This document shows positions 54,310 through 64,000 of a stretch of DNA of 64,000 nt, piece by piece. The stretch is from Podarcis liolepis (taxonomy: Eukaryota), in the NCBI GenBank assembly GCA_965112155.1, contig OZ218099.1, one strand, 5' to 3'. Position 1 is the stretch's first letter. Every line of letters starts with the position of its first letter. A program made the translations under genes and the position numbers. The notes under the pieces were generated by a model. That model was not told where the DNA came from and searched no databases. It was given only the letters and a program-made list of their open reading frames with translations.

Positions 54310-56339
54310 TTCCCAAATTCAAAACTACTTCCATTTAATACACACAAAACTGCCCCTATAGAACAGTACTCTCAAAATTCACCTGTACAAGTACCATAAG
54401 TTGTTCACTCTAGCAAAAACAACTAGCTCTTAGCTCCCACTGAGGAAATGGCCAATCATCCCAAACAATTAGCAATCAATCAATTTAACAAAGGATGGTT
54501 TCCCAGCAGCTGTAACTCCTTATTTAGAACTGGGAATAAACCTGAGCTCTTTGAAAAAACGGGGTGGGGGTTGGAATCCCAAAAAATGCAAATGGATAGA
54601 TTGCAAGCTACATTGTAAACAACATTACTGTATATATATATAGAGAGAGAGAGTGCTATTCTCTCAAAAAAGAATTATAACTGCACTGTTAAATATTTAC
54701 TTATCTCATAACCACCAAGCTTAATGAAGTATACATTTACAGCCCAATCGTATCTGTGTTTGCATGGAAATAGGTCCCATTATGTTCAATGGGGCTTGTT
54801 CCCAAGGAAGTGGGTTCAGGATTGCAGGCTAGGGCTGCAGTCCTATGCAAACTCCCATAGCAAATAGTTCCATTGAATCTACTTACTTCTGAGTAAACAT
54901 CTTTAGGTTCAAGTTACACATCAGTTAAAATATGTCATGTTTGCACTAGCACATGATTTGTGCAGTATCTTTAATGCCTATTATATTAAACAAAACAATG
55001 AATTATAATGTACCGGCAAACCTTTGGTTCTTGAATCCAACTGCCTTTGTAGCATTTTGCCCACACCTCTCTAGAGGTATTACAATTAACTGCTCTGATA
55101 TCAGGCAGCACAGTTTACATTTTGACAAATCTGAAGCAACTGTGGCAAACAATGCCGACCGAAGACCATGTGAATTCCATGCAAGTTTTTATCACTATCA
55201 AACTGTTATTTCAGTCGTTGCCTGATGAAGGCCTCCCAAATTGTGCAACAGTTCTCATGGAGCTGAGCCAGACTGTTCCATGCAGCTCCAGCCTGCCACA
55301 TCAGCTCATCTCTCCATCTGGCCCACAGCCATCTTCCTGCTTCGCTTGCAGCTCTCTCAGACCTTCAGTCCTCAGTATTGACTCTTCTGTTTAAATACAA
55401 AGTTTGCCTGCTCCACAGTCTAGTTCAGTTACTAGGTCTTTTCTTTTGCCCTGGGCATATCTATCTAGAACTAATTTTGTTCTCCAGCAATATAAAAAAA
55501 AAACACCCAAAGGGTTAGTTTTGCATTATCCATACTGTATATGTCACGGCTCCTGTGGGACTGGAATGGTACCAGAGATTGCGGAAAAAGCATTACAATC
55601 CCCCCCCCCCAAAAAAATTCCCTTGCTGGAAAAAAAAAATCACCACTTTGTCTCATGCAATGTTTGTGTAACTGAATTCTTCCAGGAAGGCTGGGCTGTT
55701 TATAATCCTATTAACTGCTGCCATGTTCTGTTTCCCTTTGTTCTTAAAAGCATATGACACAAGATGGGTTACCATCAGCTAGAACCTTTTTCTTTGATAT
55801 TTGATTAATATCACTAAGCTTTTACTTTCATTTCTCCTCTTAAGCCAACAATATCATGTGTTTTTAAAACCCATGTCCAGTGTTTGTTTACCTTACCCGA
55901 TGTGATTGTCACATTCACTCTCAACAAAATTGTGTACTGTAGTTTTTCTTACATTGGTACACTCTGTATAAAAAATGCTTTGTGTGACTACAAAGAAGAG
56001 TTTTGTAGCACCTTAGACTAATATACGATGTTTTGTTGTTTCCTTTGGTGCCTGCAACAGGCTAACACACAACCACCTTTTTGGATATCTTTCATGAAGC
56101 AGTCCTAAAAGAGACTGTGTGGGTGCAGATTTTGCTCAAAACTGGTTGGGATTTGAGGATATTCTGTGACAACCTTATGTTGCTGTGGATCTCGCAGTGT
56201 TTGTGTGTTCCAATGTTACATCCTGGCAATACCATATCTACTTGTATATTTCTACCCAACTGTTATAAGGCCATTGGTTTCCAATGCTTTTGCCAAAAAA
56301 GTTTTCCCTGAAATCCCTGCTTATCAGAGAATTAGTCTG

Positions 56340-56720
56340 CAAATAATGCTAAGCTATGGCTTTTTAAACTACATAGTTTAAACCATAGTTTATTTGACTG
56401 GCCAAATCCCAGCAGTTTAACTATGGTTAGCATACTGTGAAGAAACCATGCTCTCAAGCTATGGTTTGTTATTTGCTTATGAACCATAGTTTGTTTTAAC
56501 AATGGCTTGGTGTTTTGTGAGAACCAAACACCTTTCCGTAACCATGGTTTGTTTGGCCATCCTACACGTCACATGCTTGCCAAAGCAAGAAGCATGAAGC
56601 TAGGAGCAGAACAGACCAAGCTCTGGATAAATAAGCCATGGCTTGTTTTAAATGATTTCTATGGGACAGTCCGTGGTTTGTTAAACAAACCATAGCTTAG
56701 CATTACATGCAAACCAGGCC
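56340..56720. repeat. Old fold-back repeat rich in AACCAT(A/G)GTT motifs
   Basis: Multiple AAACCATAG / CTATGGTTT inverted motifs; related remnants at about 12400-12900, 23620-23870 and 25800-26180. Confidence 0.5.
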
Positions 56721-58849
56721 AGAGAAGAGGTAGAGCCAAACCCACACAGGTGAAAACTGATTTGGTTAGTTAGTGATGAGAGGTAGTAACACAATATTCT
56801 ATCAACATGGTATGCTGTTCTGCAGCACACATAGAAATTAGGCAATACCCCCACAGCAATACATTAATACTTCTTGTCACCTTTAGTATGTTTGTGTAAT
56901 GTGGAACAGATGCATATTAACCTTCACCCAGAATATGCATTCTAATTAGTTGTGGGAAAGTCATTGCACATGGTTGAGAGCTTATTTTTAAACACAAATG
57001 GTCATGATTTATGTTCACCTAATTAAAGCAGACTAAACTGAAAACGTATATATAATCTATGGTAAATTGGTTCTCAGAATGACGACATCTTGGTGGTAGG
57101 CTTGTAATTACATAACACAGCAAAGTATATGGGGTTGGGCAGGGAGAAGGCGTGGTCTCACACCAGAGCTTGTTGAAGTTGAAGTCAATGCCAAACCTAA
57201 GATTCAACTTCAGATAAAGCAGCCTCACTACCTCATAAAGTTATATATCAATATCTGGTATCCAGCACAGATAGAAAGGGCCACAAGTTTGTGCTTCCTT
57301 GTATAGCTAAGATTAGTAAATAAGAGAACTGTTTCTGCAAGTTCCTTGCAGGGATGGCCTTTTATTGTTTCCTGTCCTTGTTATCACCATCCCAACTCTT
57401 ATCCTGCTACCAGTTTCTGTTTGGACCCCCACCACATTTTTCCAGTTCTCATCACCCTATCTGTGCCCTGCCCTGCCTTCAGCTTGATCCCATACTTCCA
57501 CAGCTTCTCCACTTCCTCTTCTGCCTATAGATTACTACCCATGGTCTGTCCATTCACCCATAGTCAGGAATTTGGACTTCACATATCACTTTACCTATTT
57601 TATAAGCCATTTGGACACTGTCTGGTCCTACGATCTAGATTCTGGCATGAAAAGCCTGGCTTGATATCAGTACTTATTGACATTGGATCCCAATCTAGAT
57701 CAAGCTTGCCTACTGCTAGTCCTGCTCCTGGCACAGCTGCCCATGCACTCTCATCCATAGGGACAAAAGTGCAGATTCTGAGCAGAATTTGCCTGGCAGC
57801 TTCGAGAGATTGTACCAGGCACCAAAGGGGAGAGTGGAAGGAAAAGCCAAGGAAGGAGATTTTCACTATGGTTATTCCCACCACAGCACACACTTCTGTT
57901 CTCCTGTTTGTCAATCACCCCAGAGCTCTCATGTGTGTATGGGAGGAAGTTCCATGAAGAAAAACCAGTAGCGACAACAACCCTCCTATTTGCATGCATG
58001 TGGTATATAAACGGAATGCAGCAAATCAGAGGTGTGGAAACTGTGGCCTCCAGGTGTCAGTCGCAGCCAGCATGGCTAGTGGTCAGATGTGATGGGAGTT
58101 GTAGTCCAAGATTATCTGAAGTGGCACAGGTTCCTCATCCCTGCAATAAACACTTCTGCAGAAAACAGCTTATGTATGCAAGTTCATTCCGCGATACATT
58201 TTTCTTCAAGTTACACCACAGAAACCAACAAAGGACAGCAATGTTGGTGTCATGCTTTTCTCCTGAACAATGCAATCAACTGCTTATCAAGGCTAAGATA
58301 AAAAACCAATCATTTATTTTCTTTATAAATGGAAAACATGTGCAAGCCATTTTTTAAAGCCCTGCTTTCTGTTTAGAATGTTGGTTACTTGTTTTTGTAG
58401 GAAGTGTATAGTTCATTAAGGAAAGTGCTAAGATGTTTGTTTTGCACTGTGAACTATGGGAAGAATTTGCAACAAAGCCAAACCAGGCTTTTGCTGAAAA
58501 GTGGCATGGAACAGTAAATATGAAGGGTCAACAAGCCGCTAATAACTGTAGCCTGCTAATCTTGACACCTGTCAGTTGACAAAGTGCTACTGTAATGTGG
58601 GCTGCGTCAAATACTAGCAACCCTGCTAGCTGAGAAGTATTTTCCTAACAGCAGTGGTACAGTACAAGTAACTCACCACTGTTACCTAGCTCAAACTGTT
58701 CAGTAATCGTAACTGTTTATCTACAGCATCATAAAACACAGTGCCCACATATTTCCTGTAGTGGGAGCCATTCTATGGCATGAGGCGATAGACTGAAGTG
58801 CCACAACTTTAGATGCTGATTTCCAAGGATATCTCATCCAAATCACACA

Positions 58850-59990
58850 AGATCTCATGCAGCTTGAGAGATCCCCCACAATTTCAGTGAGATCTTGCCA
58901 GAAATCAGTGTCACTGCAGCAGTGGAGCAGGCGCCACAGCAGAGTGGGGCAGCACTTCCTGTTTGACCCCAAGTGACGAAATGGGACACGCCTCCCCTGT
59001 TTGGACCCAATGCAGCTTGACAGGTCCAGAAGTAACAGGCCCCAAGGAACTGACCCTCAAGAACCCCGATGGCAGCATTAAGCACCACTTGTAGTTTTTC
59101 CAGCTCTCTTCCATAGTAGTGTCATGCAGATCATAGTCCAACCTGAATGTGTCCAAAACGTGTGGAAGTGGATGAATCTGCCTTCTCCAGGAAAGACCAC
59201 AGTTGGTACACCAGCCAAAGCTGTGCAAAAGTGCTCCAGGCCACAGCTGCCATCTGAGAATCCAGACATAAGGAGATGAGGAACCTCAAAAGATGTGTAC
59301 CTATCATCCAGAGGGAGTGCTAACCCATCCAGAATAGGAGAAGTACCTATCCTCATGTGGACTTTCCTGCACCTGTCTAGTATGGATTAAGTCTTAGTTT
59401 CTTAGCCAGGCATAGGCAAACTCGGCCCTCCAGATGTTTTGGGACTACAACTCCCATCATCTCTAGCTAACAGGTCCAGTGGTCGGGGTGATGGGAGTTG
59501 TAGTCCCAAAACACCTGGTGTGCCGAGTTTGCCTATGCCTGTTCTTAGCCCACATCCAGCCCATCACAGTCTCCACACACTAATTCAGGGTCTTCACTTC
59601 CTCCCTGAAATCTGGTAGAAAATAAAAACAAGGCTTGGTGTCATCCACATATTAAATACAGGTGCACACACCAAACGCATGGATGACGCCTCCCAGCAGT
59701 TTCATGTAGATGCTGAAGAGCACGGAGGACAAGATGGAACTTTTCTGGATTTCATAGGCCAAAAGCCAAGGACTGCCGCCTTGTGGAACCTGCCCTCTGG
59801 GGAGGTCCCAAACCAGCATAAAACAGTGCCATCCAACCTTAGTACAACTTAGCTGTCCAGAAGGATTCCAGGATCAATGGTACGGAAAGCTGCTGAGATG
59901 TCTAGCAGACCCAACAGGACTGAATACCCGCTGTCCAGTGATCAGCATAAATCATCTACTGTGGTAGCCAAGACAGTATCTATCCTGAAC
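58850..59990 (-). mobile_element. Decayed L2/CR1-group LINE reverse transcriptase fragment
   Basis: Minus-strand motifs LDISAAFRTIDPGILLD, SILSSVLFSIYMKLLG and YVDDT, with frameshifts; interrupted by a MITE. Confidence 0.75.
59407..59541. mobile_element. Palindromic hAT-type MITE, young copy
   Basis: 20-bp TIR CAGGCATAGGCAAACTCGGC, long internal hairpin, 8-bp TSD TTCTTAGC. Confidence 0.92.
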
Positions 59991-60570
59991 CTCAATCGCA
60001 CAGAGAGCCTCCACAAAGTGGCAATGCTCCCCATTGCAGAAGTGTACTTTTAGTCATGCGAGGGGCTAGGAAGGGTCATGCAGCCCCAACAGAGAGGGGC
60101 TAAACTGCTGAGCCCCACAGCTCTGCTCTTCTGGCACTACCACCCAAAGAGGGCTTCTGCTACCACACAACTCCATAGTATTTTGAAAAACGTAGCAGCA
60201 AGTGGATGCACAGAGGACGTAAGTTGATTCTGTGCAGATTTAAGCAGATGGATTGCAGAGTATGAAGGCAGTAACAATACATACATATATACTCTCTCAG
60301 AATTGTTTTCAGTCTGGACTGGTGGAAGAGAATGTTTGGCCTCATCAAGGTATGTATCAGTTTCAAACTGAAACTATGTTGGTGTTCTGTCATAGGCCAT
60401 AGTAACACAACAAACACAGAAAATTTGTGAGTGCATGTGTTAGGTCACTGCCTCAAATAAGAGACATTTGTTTTTTGCTGAGCCAGGTCACTCACTTTCC
60501 TACATTAAAACAAAAAAGTATGTGGATATTTTGAAAGAACATCGGATTTTCTTATGATAAAAGAGAACAG

Positions 60571-60712
60571 TCTCATAGCACCTTAAAGACTAACAAGTTT
60601 ATTATAGCACAACAAAGTGGATGGAATTCCATGAAAGCTTATACCACAGTCAAATTGTTAAGTCTTTATATGGAGCCACAATAATTTTTGTTCTTTTTGC
60701 AAAGACCAACAT
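60571..60712. mobile_element. Older degenerate inverted PLE terminus
   Basis: TAGCACCTTAAAGACTAAC...GAAAGCTTATACC...GTTAAGTCTTTA...AGACCAACATG; another remnant at about 56004-56075. Confidence 0.55.
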
Positions 60713-60890
60713 GAATCATAGAATCATAGAATTATAGAATCATAGAGTTGGAAGAGACCACAAGGGCCATCGAGTCCAACCCCCTGCCAAGCAGGAAACA
60801 CCATCAGAGCACTCCTGACATATGGTTGTCAAGCCTCTGCTTAAAGACCTCCAAAGAAGGAGACTCCACCGCACTCCTTGGCAGCAAATT
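60713..60890 (-). mobile_element. CR1 LINE 3' end
   Basis: (ATTCTATG)n-type tail on the minus strand; GGGGTTGGACTCGATGGCCCTTGTGGTCTCTTCCAACTCT 3' UTR motif. Confidence 0.88.
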
Positions 60891-63143
60891 ATCAATGGTT
60901 TGATTTCATGGTTATCATGGTTTGATTTCAGTGCAGCCTCTCTCAGTTTTATTTTATTTTTTACTAGAGTAGGAGGCCAATTGATCAAAACAATTACCTG
61001 CATTTCAAAAACTTTTGGAAGCTACAGGGTTTTGGATCATCAAGTATAAGGATGTGCTAACTTCAATCTTGTGTTGTCTACATATTTGTTTGCTAGAATT
61101 CCTGTGACCCACTGAGGTGTTTAGATTTATGAAGTCAGAGTGCACACTGGGAATCCATAAAAGTTATACCAAAATCTCCTGTCCTCTATTCTCCTATACC
61201 CCTCACCCAAAATTAACTGTTCTCCTAGGCGTGTTTGAAGGTATCTTCAGACAGTAATAAAATGAATGGAATCACATAGGTGGTGTTTTGTCAGATCATA
61301 GCCTCACTTCCAATATAAGATTATAAATGTAACCTTGCATAACAACTTGCATAGATCCTTGCTCTTGGCAAAAGTTAATACCCAGAATATAGAATTCAGC
61401 AGCCAGGTTGCTCACCAGGGCAAGACTGTTTCAGCATATGACACCAATCCTGGCCCAACGGCAAAAACGTTCCTCTCCAATCAGGCCTTTGGCTGATTGA
61501 ACAATCTATGGCTTTCAAAATGTGTCCTGCCAGAGGGTGCTTTTAGTTTTTTGTTATTATGTTGCTTATTTTGTGTTTTTATGTTGCAAACTGCCCTGTG
61601 ATCTTGAGGTGAGCAGCAGTATATACATTTAATAAATTTAATAATACGTATTTACAGAATTCAGCTGTAACATTTACTAGGTGAGCTTCAGCCGTCAACT
61701 GAAGAAAACAGTGGCTTCTTTGCATATGGCTTACTATAATGATTTCTAAGTCACACACCTCAGTGTGGAAAGATCAGAGAAGCACATTTTTTATGCTGGG
61801 CAACGTGGAATATTTTCTGTTGATGCAAATCCTGTTGATGTAACTCTGGGGGCTGTGAAAAGCCACTATCACTCCTAAATACACTCAAATGGCATGGAAA
61901 GCAATGATGTCACATTCTGTGCATGGTATCATTTTCCACGGGAATAATGTTACAAAACTGGCCCACACCATGTGTCAACAGCATTGCAAAGGATGAAAAC
62001 CACAAATGCTGACAGAAAATCAGCTGTTCCAAAAGATGAACACACCAGTTCATTTCTCTTTCTTTTTGAATGGGGAAATCAACATTGCGTTTTCCTTCAT
62101 CTGAACATTCTTAGGTGTCACCCGAAATCTAGTAGAGCTTACTGATTTAAACTTACAAAACATGGTGCAAAGCCTCGCATCATATGTCACATACACTAAT
62201 GTCTTTTTACCTAAAATCTAGTCTCTAAGGAAGCAGTCTCAGCACCCTTGATAGTTAATGCACCCCTTTCCTCAATGTCCTCCTCACCAGTGAAAGCAAC
62301 AAAATAGTGACCAGTCTCCACATCAAACCCACTGATGCACACACCTACCTATACTGGCAATCGTGTCATCTTAAAACATATAAAGATAAACACTCCCTGC
62401 AGCCTGGCTCTCCGGATCAAACACATTTGCAACAACAAAAAATAAATCAGGATCAGTGAACTTAAATAACAGTTTCTGCAAAAAGAAGCTAAGGATGCTA
62501 CCCACTTACGCACATTTCACTTATGTGGGGGGGGGGCTGGAATGTACCCCCCCCCTTAAGTGGGGAGTTGCCTGTATATGTTCATGAAGTCTGAACTGGT
62601 GGTAACTGCCCAGGAACAAGACCTTGGGGTCATAGTAATTATGTGATACTGGACCAGATGAGCTATCAGCCTGATCCAGCAGGTTTTTTATTATGTGCCT
62701 AGATGCAATTCCCACTCTCTTCAATGAGGCTTATTCTCAGGTAATTGGGCATAGAGGCTGCAGGCCTGCAGTAACATCATAGCGAATAGCTCAGTGAAGA
62801 TGTTGACCCAGTGTGAAAAAGACAAATTCCATGCAAGGGATAATTAGCAAAGGGATTTAATATAAAACTGCTGCTATCACAATACCATTACATAACTCTG
62901 TGATGCAAGAGAACCGGGGAGTTCTGTGTACACTTTTAGTCACCTCACCTCAAAAAGGCTACTGCAGAGTTCAGGCAAGGGCAACGCAAGTGATCAAGGT
63001 GATGGAGCAACTTTAGTGTAAAGGAAACTGCTTCCCACAGCCACTGCGAGAACAGGATGATGGACGAGATAAGCCTTTGGCTCGATTCAGCAGGCGCTTG
63101 CGTTCCTTCCCATCTCTAAGAAAGCAGGAGTGGCAAGGAGCTA

Positions 63144-63385
63144 CAGTGGTACCTCGGGTTAAGAACCTAATTCGTTCTGGAGATCTGTTCTTAAGATGAA
63201 ACCATTCTTAACCTGAGGTACCACTTTAGCTAATGGGGCCTCCCGCTGCCGCCGCACTGCCACCACACAATTTCTGTTCTCATCCTGAAGCAAAGTTCTT
63301 AACCCGAGGTACTATTTCTGAGCTAGCGGAGTCTGTAACCTGAAGCGTATGCAACCTGAAGCGTCTGTAACCCGAGGTACCACTG
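63144..63385. mobile_element. Tc1/mariner(pogo)-type MITE
   Basis: TIRs CAGTGGTACCTCGGGTTA / TAACCCGAGGTACCACTG, TA duplication; same family as 12569-12783. Confidence 0.9.
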
Positions 63386-64000
63386 TATAACCAATGGACA
63401 ATAATTCATTTCCAAGGGCTTTAGTGCAGGCAAAATATTTCTTTCTGAAAGGATATTGATTTGTTAAAAGCAAAAAAAATGTTTACTGATCTGATTAGGC
63501 TTCTAATCCTGCGCACATTTATTTGAGTTCTGTGGGACTTACTTGTGAGTAAAGATGAATAAATAATATTCATGTGGAGGCAACGGGACAGTAATTGAAG
63601 GAAGGGTTCTCCCCAGATATAATGACCTCTAACTTTACATTAAAAGCATACATGCAACCAACTTTCCAAAATCCAGCTCAGAGTTTTATGTACTCTATTG
63701 GTTAAAAAATGTACGGCTAAGGGCAAGTCAGGCGGGGGGGGGGGATAATATATGGGAGAGTGCCAAGCATCTGTGTTGAAGAGGATCAAAGGCTGAGGCT
63801 GTCTGAGACTTTAGTAGACACAGCTCACACTTTTGAAACCTTTTTTTGCACAACCCTGAGGGCTAGAAACTCACTGATGTTGAAGAAATTAAAGCAGAGG
63901 TGCAATGCAGTGATGGAACCCCTGGGCAGCTGGCTCTATCAGCTACCTTGTTAATGTGGCTATGGCCATGATCATCTGGAACATACTTTATACAACAGGA

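Noticed and set aside
55223-55245. CTGATGA hammerhead-like core
   Set aside because: No stem II followed by GAAA and no stem I/III pairing.
57346-57957. Longest ORF in the track (203 aa)
   Set aside because: Non-ATG start, no recognisable domain, low-complexity pyrimidine-rich DNA, no supporting splice structure.
62527-62556. G-run/C-run hairpin
   Set aside because: Homopolymer runs are frequent throughout the window; no further support.
50420-64000. Exons of a neighbouring gene upstream of RAF1
   Set aside because: No coding exon with recognisable homology found; the region is dominated by repeats, although small exons could have been missed.

Overview
Vertebrate genomic DNA, most likely a squamate (lacertid-like) lizard judging from the repeat content (Sauria-type SINE, CORE-SINEs, hAT and Tc1/mariner MITEs, CR1/L2 and Penelope-like fragments). 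The window contains the last two coding exons of MKRN2 (+ strand, 199-1535) tail-to-tail with a complete RAF1 (c-Raf) gene on the - strand. RAF1 has a non-coding exon 1 in a CpG island at about 50 kb and 16 coding exons from ATG 29840 to stop 8023 (1941 nt, 646 aa). It also has a 60-nt cassette exon (20879-20938), a U12-type intron (13463-14242) and poly(A) signals at 7035-7045. From 50.4 to 64 kb the sequence is repeat-rich upstream/intergenic DNA with no exon I can support. The most notable non-gene structure is a young family of very short Penelope-derived inserts carrying minimal hammerhead ribozyme motifs. One of these is a perfect 86-bp inverted pair lying between the MKRN2 and RAF1 3' ends. 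Other leads are a candidate poison exon in RAF1 intron 7, an S339N change in the RAF1 N-region, and a uORF starting in a YY1-like palindrome. Most ORFs in the supplied track are spurious. I cannot demonstrate a wholly new system; the leads are hypotheses. Comparisons with human or chicken sequences and repeat family names are from memory, not from database searches.
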